From positions 96,715 through 128,714 of the forward strand of contig CAZIYE010000002.1 of NCBI GenBank assembly GCA_964543385.1: 32,000 bases of DNA, in the 5' to 3' direction. The notes beneath the pieces were generated by a model that saw only the letters and a list, made by a program, of their open reading frames with translations, was not told where the DNA came from and did no database searches. Positions 21,104 to 32,000 of this stretch are shown piece after piece. The position numbers and the translations under genes were made by a program. Position 1 is the stretch's first letter; each line of letters starts with the position of its first letter. Origin of the DNA: an uncultured Candidatus Saccharibacteria bacterium (GTDB lineage: Bacteria > Patescibacteriota > UBA1384 > XYA2-FULL-43-10 > 1-14-0-10-43-13).

Positions 21104-22242
21104 TGAAAAAAGTATTAATCACAATTGCATTCATGATGGTCGTTGTATTACCTGTTTCTGTCAGAGCTGCTTTTCTTGAGGCGGCTGATGACGTTAACGG
21201 AGGAATAGAGAATATTAGCAAAGATCAAAATGTCGAGAATGCCTATTTAGCTGGGGAGACCATAAATGTTGATGGAGATGTTAAAAAAGATTTAATAGCC
21301 GCCGGTTCAGTTATAAACGTTAATGGTAAAGTTGAAGACGACTTGATTGCCGCCGGTTCAAGCTTGAATATCAAAAATTCCATTGGCGGTTCTGCTAGGG
21401 TTGTTGGATCGACTATTACTATAAGTGAAAATATCAATGAAGATCTGTTTGCAGCTGGGGCTGAAATTCTAATCTCCGAAAAGGCAAAAGTTGCTGGCGA
21501 TTTTATATTTATGTCTGGCAAAACGGATATAAAAGGCGAGGTTGGCGGCAGTATTAAGGCTATCGGCGGGGACGTTGTGATTTCTGGAAAGGTCAAAGGA
21601 GATATATTATTAAGGAATATCAATAAACTAGTTGTTGAGGATACTGCCGAGGTATCAGGAAAAATCGTGTATTACTCGCCAAATGAAGCATTGATTGAAA
21701 GCGGCGCAAAAATTGTTGGTGGAGTTCAATACAATAAAATAGATCAACAACTGGATAGCTGGGGCTCATACGCAAAAAAAATGACATGGGGGATAACCCT
21801 TTATCAGATCATAGGATCCTTATTGCTATTGCTCATTTTCATCTATTTTGCACCAAAGATATCCAAAAAGATTGTTGAAGAGTTTTACGCAAATTCATTG
21901 TTAAATATGGGTTGGGGTATCGTTACTTTTATCGTTTTACCAATAGTGTCACTGATATTGCTCGCTCTTTCCTTTAAGCTGACGATAGTTTTGATGTTAT
22001 TCTACTCTCTTTACATGGTTCTTGGATCAACATTTACATCTCTAGCGGCTGGTAGCTGGGCTTGGAAAAGTATTACTAAAGCTCAAGAGTATGAAGTTAA
22101 TTGGCAATCAGTTCTTTTGGGTGTAGTCCTTACAACCTTGCTATCTTTTGTGCCAATTATTGGCAGTTTTGCGCTATTTGTACTTTTAATAATCTCTTTC
22201 GGTGTCCTTATTAGACTTACATTTGTCTCTCTGAGAAAATAG
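21103..22242 (+). CDS. Secreted beta-helix-repeat (bactofilin-like) domain fused to a C-terminal polytopic membrane domain
   Basis: GTG start overlapping the previous stop by 1 nt, with SD AAGGAGAG. A signal-like N-terminus is followed by about 8 degenerate repeats of the type DLIAAGSxInVnGkV, then about 5 TM helices. Confidence 0.65.
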   Translation: MKKVLITIAFMMVVVLPVSVRAAFLEAADDVNGGIENISKDQNVENAYLAGETINVDGDVKKDLIAAGSVINVNGKVEDDLIAAGSSLNIKNSIGGSARVVGSTITISENINEDLFAAGAEILISEKAKVAGDFIFMSGKTDIKGEVGGSIKAIGGDVVISGKVKGDILLRNINKLVVEDTAEVSGKIVYYSPNEALIESGAKIVGGVQYNKIDQQLDSWGSYAKKMTWGITLYQIIGSLLLLLIFIYFAPKISKKIVEEFYANSLLNMGWGIVTFIVLPIVSLILLALSFKLTIVLMLFYSLYMVLGSTFTSLAAGSWAWKSITKAQEYEVNWQSVLLGVVLTTLLSFVPIIGSFALFVLLIISFGVLIRLTFVSLRK

Positions 22243-22262
22243 GCAAATAATCTGTATTTAAA

Positions 22263-22310
22263 GAAATACCGCCTGCTGACCTTGTCTGGGCGGTATTTCT
22301 GTCTTTTGGA
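22263..22310 (+). terminator. Rho-independent terminator
   Basis: 11-bp stem gaaataccgcc (22263..22273) / ggcggtatttc (22289..22299), followed by tgtctttt. Confidence 0.7.
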
Positions 22311-22386
22311 CTTGCGACCCTCTAGCAAAAAATGCTAAAATCAGTTTAGGAGAAAAATCACAGTAGTTGTGATTATTTGTTTGTGA

Positions 22387-24519
<2,133 letters not shown>

Positions 24520-24567
24520 TCGTATAAGAATAGCGAATAAGTGAATATTTAGAATAGGAACAACGAT

Positions 24568-27500
24568 ATGGACGAAGAACAAGATACAATCAATGAGAAC
24601 GTTTCAGAAGAAATGGATGAAGTTGCAGAAAATCAACAGACCAATTTACCTGATGAACAGGTAATAGATAGAGAGGCAGATGGTTCTAGCTCTAGCTCCC
24701 CATTTCAGAAGCTTGACTCTATGAGTGATAAGTCAATTACTGAGGACGTCTATGATCCTCTGATTGGTTTTATGAAGCCACGTGAATTGGTGACTGAGAT
24801 GGAGACATCTTATCTTGATTACGCTATGAGCGTGATTGTTTCTCGTGCTTTGCCTGATGTTCGTGATGGCTTAAAACCGGTTCATCGCCGTGTTCTATAT
24901 GCCATGTATGAGACAGGACTTCGTCATAATGTTAAATATAGAAAATCCGCTAAAGTTGTTGGTGAAGTTATGGGTAACTATCACCCTCACGGTGATACTG
25001 CTATATATGACACACTTGTCCGCTTGGCGCAGGACTTTTCCATGCGCTATCCAATGGTAGATGGGCAAGGAAACTTTGGTTCAATGGATGGTGACTCTGC
25101 TGCTGCTATGCGTTATACAGAGTGCCGGATGTCATCAATTGCCGAAGAAATGCTTATAGACATCGATAAAGATACTGTCAATTGGGCCGATAACTACGAT
25201 GGCTCGACCCAAGAACCAGTTGTTCTACCGGCCAGGGTTCCAAATTTACTTTTGAATGGTACTGTTGGTATCGCTGTCGGTATGGCAACAAACATCCCAC
25301 CTCATAATCTAAATGAGCTTTGTGATGGTGTTATTGAGTTGATTGACAATCCTGAGGCGACAGTTGATGACTTGATGAAGCATGTTAAAGGCCCTGACTT
25401 TCCGACCGGTGGTATTATCTATAATATTGAAGACATCAAGATGGCTTATGCAACCGGTAAGGGTCGCATAATGATGAGGGCTAAAGCTGATATTGAAGAG
25501 ACTAAGCGCGGCTTTCGTATTGTTGTCAACGAAATACCCTATCAAGTCAACAAATCAACATTAATAGAAAAAATTGCTGATCTAGTTAAAGAGAAAAAGA
25601 TCGAGGGCATCTCTGATCTTCGCGATGAGTCAGATCGTAATGGCGTTCGTGTTGTGATCGAGTTAAAAAGCAGTGCATACCCAAAGAAAATATTAAACCG
25701 TTTGTTTGAATTGACTCCGCTACAAACAGCATTTCATGTAAATATGCTAGCTCTTACTCCTGATCTAGAGCCAGTTGTTATGACTCTTAAAGATGTTTTT
25801 GGTCACTATATCGATCATCGTAAAATTGTGATCGAACGTCGTACTAAGTATGAACTTCGAAAAGCAGAAGATAGGGCTCATATTCTTGAAGGATTACGCA
25901 TTGCTCTTGACCATATTGATGAGGTTATTAATACTATTAGAGCCTCGGCTAATCGTGATGAGGCAAAGAAGAATTTAATAGCTAAATTTAGCCTCTCTGA
26001 ACGGCAGGCTGATGCGATTCTTGACATGCGTTTGTCTGCTTTGGCTGCTCTTGAACGCAAGAAGATTGAGGACGAATATAATGAACTGATTGCTCGCATT
26101 GCCTATCTTAAAGACCTGTTGGAGCATCCAGAGAAAATACTTGGGTTAATCAAAGATGATCTCAAATATGTTACTGAAAAATATGGTGATAAACGTCGCA
26201 CTGAGATTGTTCCCCATGCTCTTGGCCAGTTCAAGGCAGAAGATTTAATTCCTGATGAACAAGTAATAGTATCACTCAGTAGAAGTAATTATATTAAACG
26301 TCAGGAAATTGATACATATCGTCGTCAAATTAGAGGTGGTGTAGGTATTGTAGGGATGACCACCAAAGAAGAGGATATTGTGGATCATTTGGTCTGTGCT
26401 AGAACTCATGATGATATCTACTTCTTTACTAACAAAGGCCGTATTTTTGCTAGCAAAGTCTATGAATTGCCGGCAACCTCTCGCCAATCAAAAGGCACAC
26501 CAGTAGTAAATATTATTCAGATCAGCCAAGACGAAAAAGTGACTGCAATACTTACTGTAGCCAAAACCCATAAAGACAGCCTAAAATACTTTATTATGGG
26601 TACCGTTCAGGGACAAATCAAGAAGACTGAGATTGAAAAGTATGAAAATATAAGAAAAACCGGAATTATAGCAATTGGCCTTAAGGGCAAAGATGAATTA
26701 AAATGGGTAAAAATATCCTCGGGTAACGATGTTATTGTTGAAGTATCAGAAAAAGGTCAGGCGATCTGTTACCAAGAGGGTGACGTCAGACCAATGGGTA
26801 GAAGTGCTTCTGGCGTTACTGGAGTTAGACTTCGAAGCGGTGATAAAGTTATGGCAATGGATGTTGTTCCTGGAAATGTTTGGCCGTCCGAGACAGACAA
26901 AAAAACAACAATTGAGCCGAATATGCTAATCGTTTTGGAAAATGGATTCGGCAAGAGGACCATGTTAAAACATTTTCATATCCAAAAACGCGGTGGTATG
27001 GGCATTCGGGCAGCCAGCTGCACTTCTAGAACTGGTAACGTAATAGGTATGCATATTGTATATGATGAAAATGGAGATGTTGTTTTGGCTTCACGTAAAG
27101 GGCAATTTATCAGAATGGAATTGCAGAAGATTAAAAAACTTGGCCGTGATACGCAGGGCGTAACTTTGATGAGACTTAAAGATGGTGATAAGGTTTCTTC
27201 TGTTGCTCTTATACTATCCAGTGATGCAAATGATGACCAGCCAACTATTAATTTCGACCTTCCAAGTGATCCAACCGGAGACAAGAAGGACACAGTATCT
27301 ACCTCTAAAGAAACTTCAGCCAAGTCTGCTAAAACGCCAAAAGAAAAAATTTCAGTCCATAATTATAAGGGAGTCATTGCTAATTCTGACAATGTAGTAG
27401 AGAATAAGATAAGCAAGCCCATATCTGTGGTGAACAAACCTAATTTGACCGTCAAATTCTATAATAATGGTTTATCGGTCGATAAAGCCGTAGAGCCAGG

Positions 27501-27570
27501 ACAAAAAGAAAAAATGGACAAGATGGAAAAGTCAGATGACTCCAACTATTGGGGAAATGGCTCAAAGTAG
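24568..27570 (+). CDS. gyrA: DNA gyrase subunit A (with long N- and C-terminal extensions)
   Basis: [33 protein letters not shown], the active-site AAMRYTE, and a GyrA-box-like QIRGGVG at the start of the beta-pinwheel CTD. Confidence 0.97.
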   Translation: MDEEQDTINENVSEEMDEVAENQQTNLPDEQVIDREADGSSSSSPFQKLDSMSDKSITEDVYDPLIGFMKPRELVTEMETSYLDYAMSVIVSRALPDVRDGLKPVHRRVLYAMYETGLRHNVKYRKSAKVVGEVMGNYHPHGDTAIYDTLVRLAQDFSMRYPMVDGQGNFGSMDGDSAAAMRYTECRMSSIAEEMLIDIDKDTVNWADNYDGSTQEPVVLPARVPNLLLNGTVGIAVGMATNIPPHNLNELCDGVIELIDNPEATVDDLMKHVKGPDFPTGGIIYNIEDIKMAYATGKGRIMMRAKADIEETKRGFRIVVNEIPYQVNKSTLIEKIADLVKEKKIEGISDLRDESDRNGVRVVIELKSSAYPKKILNRLFELTPLQTAFHVNMLALTPDLEPVVMTLKDVFGHYIDHRKIVIERRTKYELRKAEDRAHILEGLRIALDHIDEVINTIRASANRDEAKKNLIAKFSLSERQADAILDMRLSALAALERKKIEDEYNELIARIAYLKDLLEHPEKILGLIKDDLKYVTEKYGDKRRTEIVPHALGQFKAEDLIPDEQVIVSLSRSNYIKRQEIDTYRRQIRGGVGIVGMTTKEEDIVDHLVCARTHDDIYFFTNKGRIFASKVYELPATSRQSKGTPVVNIIQISQDEKVTAILTVAKTHKDSLKYFIMGTVQGQIKKTEIEKYENIRKTGIIAIGLKGKDELKWVKISSGNDVIVEVSEKGQAICYQEGDVRPMGRSASGVTGVRLRSGDKVMAMDVVPGNVWPSETDKKTTIEPNMLIVLENGFGKRTMLKHFHIQKRGGMGIRAASCTSRTGNVIGMHIVYDENGDVVLASRKGQFIRMELQKIKKLGRDTQGVTLMRLKDGDKVSSVALILSSDANDDQPTINFDLPSDPTGDKKDTVSTSKETSAKSAKTPKEKISVHNYKGVIANSDNVVENKISKPISVVNKPNLTVKFYNNGLSVDKAVEPGQKEKMDKMEKSDDSNYWGNGSK

Positions 27571-27640
27571 AGGCTAATAACATTGTCATACGACCACATA
27601 TATGGTAAGATGAATAATCATACTAATTCATACGGTTATA

Positions 27641-29419
27641 ATGGAAGAAAAAAAGAAACAAACTTTTATACCAGAGGTTATCACGGTTAAAGAATTCGCT
27701 GAAAAGCTAAATCTTCCCGTTACTGCTGTTATTACTGAGCTAATGAAAAATGGTGTCCTGGCAACGATAAATGAGACAATAGACTTTGAGACGGCATCAA
27801 TAGTCGGAGAATATCTCGGGGCAGAGGTGATTTTACAAGAAAAGGAAGAAAAATCATCAAAGAGAGTTGCATCAAAGGTTTCTACTAAAGATCTTACTCC
27901 TCGGCCTCCTGTTGTTACAATCATGGGTCATGTAGATCATGGCAAGACTACTCTATTGGATAATATTAGACGCAGTCATGTTGCTCTAGGTGAATCCGGT
28001 GGTATTACTCAACATATTTCCGCATACCAAGTTACTCTTGAGGGCACTAAAAACAAAGAATTAAAGAATAAGACCATAACTTTTATAGATACTCCGGGCC
28101 ATGCTGCTTTTTCTGCCATGAGAGAACATGGAACAGCTATCACAGATATAGTGGTTCTAATTGTCGCAGCAAATGATGGCGTTATGCCTCAAACTGCTGA
28201 AGTAATCAGACAAACAAAATTAAATAATGTGCCAGTGATTGTTGCGATCAATAAAGTTGATTTGCCAGATTCGGACATTATGAAGGTCAAGCAGCAACTG
28301 TCAGACCAAGAATTAATACCCGAAGATTGGGGTGGCAAGACCGTTATGGTCGAGATATCAGCAAAAACTGGCCAAGGTATCGACAATCTTCTGGAGATGA
28401 TATTATTACAAGCTGAAATGATGGAGTTAAAAGCAAATCCAAAAGAGGATGCTGTTGGTATAGTTATAGAATCTCATATGCAAAAAGGTGCCGGTCCAAT
28501 GGCACTTGTATTGATAGATAATGGTACATTGCATAAAGGTGACCCAATTTCTATCGGCGCATCATACGGCAAGGTTCGAATATTAGAAGATTTTGCAGGC
28601 AAACCTCTTCTCCAAGCTATCCCAAGTACACCAGTTAGAATAGCCGGACTTAAATCATTGCCAGATTTTGGTGATAGACTATTAGCTTTTAGGTCAGAAA
28701 AAGAAGCCAGAGAAAATTCTATGAAGATGGAGACTGGTAAATCTCATTTAAGGATAGCCACAGCGAAGAAAATCGGTTCAAGCGAAGACTCTAATGAAGT
28801 TAAACGAATAGAATTTAATCTAATAGTAAAAGCAGATGTTCAGGGCTCGCTCGAGGCTCTCAAATCCTCTATTGAAGAAATAAACAGTCAAGAAATAGAT
28901 TTAAAGATTGTATCGGAAGGTGTGGGCGCTATTTCTGAATCCGAAGTAACCCTAGCCAAGGCCACTTCTTCCCAAGTGGTTGGCTTTCGTGTTCAGGCTC
29001 TGGGGGCAGCTAAAAAAATTGCGGACAAAGAAGGCGTTGAAGTGAAGGCTTTTGACGTTATCTATGAGTTGCTTGATTATGTGAAGGCTGAGATGTCTGA
29101 TTTATTGCCACCAGAAATTATTGAAGAGGAGCTTGGTCATGGTAACGTTCTGGCAATATTTCGAGATGACAAAAAAGGCTTTGTTGCCGGCGGCAATATT
29201 GATAGCGGCAAAGTAACAAACGGCGATGAAATCAAGTTTCTACAAAATGATAATGAGAAATATCGTGCCAAGATTCTTTCGCTCAGACGTGAAAAAAATG
29301 AAGTCAAAGAATGCGAATCCGGATCAGAGTGTGGCTTTAGTCTCCCTGCTGGCGCAAAGATAGCAGTAGGTGATAGGTTCATAGCATTCAAAACTATCCA
29401 CAAAAAACGGACAATATAA
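27641..29419 (+). CDS. infB: Translation initiation factor IF-2 (short form)
   Basis: IF2_N-like ITVKEFAEKLNLPVTAVITELMKNGV, then the G domain GHVDHGKTTLLD, DTPGHAAF and NKVD. The C-terminal beta-barrels are present. Confidence 0.95.
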   Translation: MEEKKKQTFIPEVITVKEFAEKLNLPVTAVITELMKNGVLATINETIDFETASIVGEYLGAEVILQEKEEKSSKRVASKVSTKDLTPRPPVVTIMGHVDHGKTTLLDNIRRSHVALGESGGITQHISAYQVTLEGTKNKELKNKTITFIDTPGHAAFSAMREHGTAITDIVVLIVAANDGVMPQTAEVIRQTKLNNVPVIVAINKVDLPDSDIMKVKQQLSDQELIPEDWGGKTVMVEISAKTGQGIDNLLEMILLQAEMMELKANPKEDAVGIVIESHMQKGAGPMALVLIDNGTLHKGDPISIGASYGKVRILEDFAGKPLLQAIPSTPVRIAGLKSLPDFGDRLLAFRSEKEARENSMKMETGKSHLRIATAKKIGSSEDSNEVKRIEFNLIVKADVQGSLEALKSSIEEINSQEIDLKIVSEGVGAISESEVTLAKATSSQVVGFRVQALGAAKKIADKEGVEVKAFDVIYELLDYVKAEMSDLLPPEIIEEELGHGNVLAIFRDDKKGFVAGGNIDSGKVTNGDEIKFLQNDNEKYRAKILSLRREKNEVKECESGSECGFSLPAGAKIAVGDRFIAFKTIHKKRTI

Positions 29420-29430
29420 ATATTCTAAAA

Positions 29431-29466
29431 AAAGCCTGTTCCAGATAGTCAAAACAGGTTTTTTTA
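29431..29466 (+). terminator. Rho-independent terminator
   Basis: cctgtt (29435..29440) / aacagg (29453..29458), extended by A-U pairs and followed by a T-run 29459..29465. Confidence 0.6.
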
Positions 29467-29495
29467 ATTTTTGTGGAAGAAAAGCCAATAAACAT

Positions 29496-29524
29496 ATTGC
29501 GCTAGTAAATTCCTTCCAGTAAAA
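29496..29524 (+). promoter_or_regulatory. Sigma70-like promoter TTGCGC-N17-TAAAAT for the giant surface-protein gene
   Basis: ttgcgc at 29496..29501, a 17-nt spacer and taaaat at 29519..29524. It lies about 35 nt upstream of the TTG start. Confidence 0.45.
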
Positions 29525-29560
29525 TGTAGAAGACAATTCATAAAATTCTTGGAGGGTGAC

Positions 29561-32000
29561 TTGGGCTCTTTTGATTCTTTTAAAAAATGGTTCCAAAATA
29601 GGGAAGAATCTACGGATTTTACTGTGAATACTGTTGATGGTTTGCTGCCAGAAGACAAGAAACAGATAGAAGAGCTAGCTCACAAAGAAGTTGATATTGA
29701 TATTCAAAAACAGAGGGTGGTTGCTCAGCTAGAGACACAAAAAGATAAACTTGAATCCCGAATCATCGCTATCCAACGTTCCACCCGTGTAGCTCTTCCA
29801 GCCTTTGCTAAAATACATAATGATCTACGCCAAAAGTACTCCTGGTACTACCGATGGCATATGAACCCATTCTCTAATGTTATCCATTGGTCTGCTATCT
29901 CCGGTTTCACATTAGGCCTTACTACCTTCATCTTCTCCTTCATCTTCTCTTTATCGGTAGCCCCAATCATGGCTGCCTCAGAACATAGCTGGGGTAGTGA
30001 AAGTGCATGGCAATCATGGACTATTGCAGAACTTTCTACTAAAGATAATGTTGGCGCAGTAACCCTTGCCAAGAAGACTACAGACAACGGACAACCGACA
30101 ATAGCTAGCAATAGTCAGTCAGCTGTCGTCAGTAGTCAGTCGTCTTACTCTCCCTCTGGTACTGCCTCTATTGTCTTTACTCCCAATAAGGAAGAAGTAG
30201 TAGACTGGTTGTCCTTTAAATCAGATGAAGTCCTAAACAGTCAAACCATTAAGAAAGAGTTCTCTACTGATGGTATTCTCTATACTGATAAACTAGAGGA
30301 TCTTGCTGACTCCAAATCTCTTCATATCAAAGTCTCTCTTTCTACAAATGATCAAAGCATCACTCCTATCCTTAACTCTATAGCTATCCAATATTCCAGA
30401 CTTCCTAACACCCCAGAAAACCTTTCTATTGGAATAGACAAAGATATCCTTAAAACAACCCAAACTCTTACCGCCAGCTCTTTCTCCGATCCTGACAATG
30501 ATCCTCACAGAGCCTCACATTGGCAGATCACTACTATCCCCGGCAACTACTCAAACCTTGTTCTCGATCAGGTCAATAATGATAATAAAGACAAAGAGTC
30601 CCTTACTAAACTAGAACTCACCAATCCTCTGAAAGATGGTACTTACTATCTAAGAGCCAGATACCAAGATTCTGCTGGAGCTTGGTCACTTTGGAGTAAA
30701 GAAACAACTATTACTATTAGCCAAGATAACAAAGACAATCCTAATCTAGTTGATAAGATCACTAAAAATACCATAGAGACCAAAGTAGTATCTCTTGGTG
30801 ATACCCAAATCCAACAAAACCCCAATGAAGATACTAATCTCAGAACTGAAACTACCAAAACCATAGATAACAAAAACAAGACTAAAACTCTAGAATCATA
30901 CTCTGGCATCATTCATTACAAAGAAGATTATACAGATCAATCAAACACATCTTGGAAAGATATTAACCCCAATCACTCTATAGATACTCCTACCTATGTC
31001 CTTTATGACCAGATGCCTTCCACTGTCAAAGTCTTCAAAGATAAAATTGGTTATGAGATAGAATCTCGTAAAACAGGTGACAAATACACCATAGAGCTAA
31101 AAGATGTAGATGGTAATCCAAAACTATCCAGAAACACTTCATCAACCCCAAACACAGTAGCTTGGGCTGATATCAATACTCCTGACATCAACCAAAAGAA
31201 ACAGCAAAACAACTTCTTCGCTAAATATCTAAATCCTAAAGCTTTAGCAGAAGACTCTCAACTCTCAACTCTAAACTCTCAACCATCCGATGGCTCTAAC
31301 CTTAAGTTTGAATTTGAGATAGGGGAATATGGAGTTAGACTTTGGAAAACAATCACAGGAGATGATGCCCCTAAGAACTTCAAATGGAACATTACCAAAA
31401 CTGAAGGCAATAAGGACACAGAAACCAATGACCTTAAATTCAGAGATAACCCTGAGGCTTTTGATGTAACAACTACTGGTGACATTATCAAAGATAACAA
31501 AGGCCAAGACAAACCAGTCCAAATAGAAGCCAAGAAAATAGATGGAGACATGAACTCTTCCTTCATCTGGCAAGAAACAGCCCCAACTACCAACATGAAG
31601 ATTGATACTGATGTAACATTAATCCCTGATTCTAATCCTGAAACAAGTACGGTTGATGGCTATATGTACTATTATGCTAATTCATATAATACTGATTTTA
31701 ATTTATTAAGAAATGCTAGCTCTACTGAGTATTTGTATGATCAGTGGGAAGGCGGAGATGCAGCAGCTATAAGTACATGGGAAGAATATGGTACTAGATA
31801 CTATAACTATTTAGCCCGTGGCATATATTTATTTAATACATCCATTGTTCCCGATGATGCCATATTCACTGCTGCTACCTTAAAACTAACTTCTGCTGGC
31901 GGTTGGTGCACTGATAGTAATAATAGTATTAATATTTATCAAGCGAGTACAGCTTCTAATACAGCCCTGTCAAGCCAAGACTTTGGTACATTTGGCAGCA
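29561..32000 (+). CDS. Giant membrane-anchored surface protein, N-terminal >813 codons (runs off the right edge)
   Basis: Absent from the ORF track because it has no stop in the window. The frame is open from the TAA at 29489..29491 to 32000. The best start is TTG at 29561, 5 nt after GGAGGG. It has an N-terminal coiled-coil segment, one TM helix (ISGFTLGLTTFIFSFIFSLSVAPI), then Thr/Asn/Asp/Lys-rich extracellular sequence. All listed minus-strand ORFs at 29848..31596 are its shadows. Confidence 0.8.
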   Translation, partial: MGSFDSFKKWFQNREESTDFTVNTVDGLLPEDKKQIEELAHKEVDIDIQKQRVVAQLETQKDKLESRIIAIQRSTRVALPAFAKIHNDLRQKYSWYYRWHMNPFSNVIHWSAISGFTLGLTTFIFSFIFSLSVAPIMAASEHSWGSESAWQSWTIAELSTKDNVGAVTLAKKTTDNGQPTIASNSQSAVVSSQSSYSPSGTASIVFTPNKEEVVDWLSFKSDEVLNSQTIKKEFSTDGILYTDKLEDLADSKSLHIKVSLSTNDQSITPILNSIAIQYSRLPNTPENLSIGIDKDILKTTQTLTASSFSDPDNDPHRASHWQITTIPGNYSNLVLDQVNNDNKDKESLTKLELTNPLKDGTYYLRARYQDSAGAWSLWSKETTITISQDNKDNPNLVDKITKNTIETKVVSLGDTQIQQNPNEDTNLRTETTKTIDNKNKTKTLESYSGIIHYKEDYTDQSNTSWKDINPNHSIDTPTYVLYDQMPSTVKVFKDKIGYEIESRKTGDKYTIELKDVDGNPKLSRNTSSTPNTVAWADINTPDINQKKQQNNFFAKYLNPKALAEDSQLSTLNSQPSDGSNLKFEFEIGEYGVRLWKTITGDDAPKNFKWNITKTEGNKDTETNDLKFRDNPEAFDVTTTGDIIKDNKGQDKPVQIEAKKIDGDMNSSFIWQETAPTTNMKIDTDVTLIPDSNPETSTVDGYMYYYANSYNTDFNLLRNASSTEYLYDQWEGGDAAAISTWEEYGTRYYNYLARGIYLFNTSIVPDDAIFTAATLKLTSAGGWCTDSNNSINIYQASTASNTALSSQDFGTFGS

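Noticed and set aside
29324-31596. Seven minus-strand ORFs (29324..29596 through 31279..31596)
   Set aside because: All lie antisense to infB's 3' end, the intergenic region or the single uninterrupted >813-codon plus-strand frame. The plus frame has an SD, a promoter and a TM helix, and the minus-frame products are hydrophobic noise.

Overview
This is an AT-rich window (about 35-38% GC by eye) that is very tightly packed. The gene content looks like a small-genome, Patescibacteria/CPR-like bacterium, but that placement is inference only. It rests on KGG mini stress proteins, a 47-aa zinc-ribbon mini-protein, a 7TM-type orphan histidine kinase, a short IF-2 and a giant membrane-anchored surface protein. 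The standard genetic code applies.

The housekeeping backbone is valS (14452..16623), a cell-envelope glycosylation block (18604..22242), gyrB, gyrA and infB (22405..29419).

Three regions are not ordinary:

1. **9.7-13.9 kb.** A base-perfect 370-bp direct repeat brackets a 3.4-kb, compositionally mosaic insert. The repeat carries a gene tail, a consensus promoter, a leader and the first 49 codons of a SpoT-like HD hydrolase gene. The insert encodes a Zn-ribbon protein, a Gfo/Idh/MocA-like protein, a GC-rich Tmk-like P-loop kinase and a Nudix protein. It leaves a truncated second copy of the HD gene. A third, diverged copy of the tail-plus-promoter module lies inside the insert. This points to serial insertion at one junction. 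No recombinase is visible.

2. **2.8-8.7 kb.** A minus-strand operon with 1-nt to 27-nt gaps or overlaps encodes a PaaK/F390-type adenylate-forming enzyme, an Rv1355c-like ThiF/E1 enzyme, an orphan 7TM histidine kinase and an Ap4A-hydrolase-like Nudix. An atypical Rossmann protein is encoded divergently. I do not recognise this combination as a described system.

3. **8741..9150.** A 410-nt non-coding gap contains a consensus promoter and a textbook mutually exclusive 1:2 / 2:3 / 3:4 attenuator. The attenuator sits directly in front of the next gene.

I found no tRNA, rRNA, CRISPR array, transposase or integrase. All homology statements come from motif recognition by eye, not from searches.
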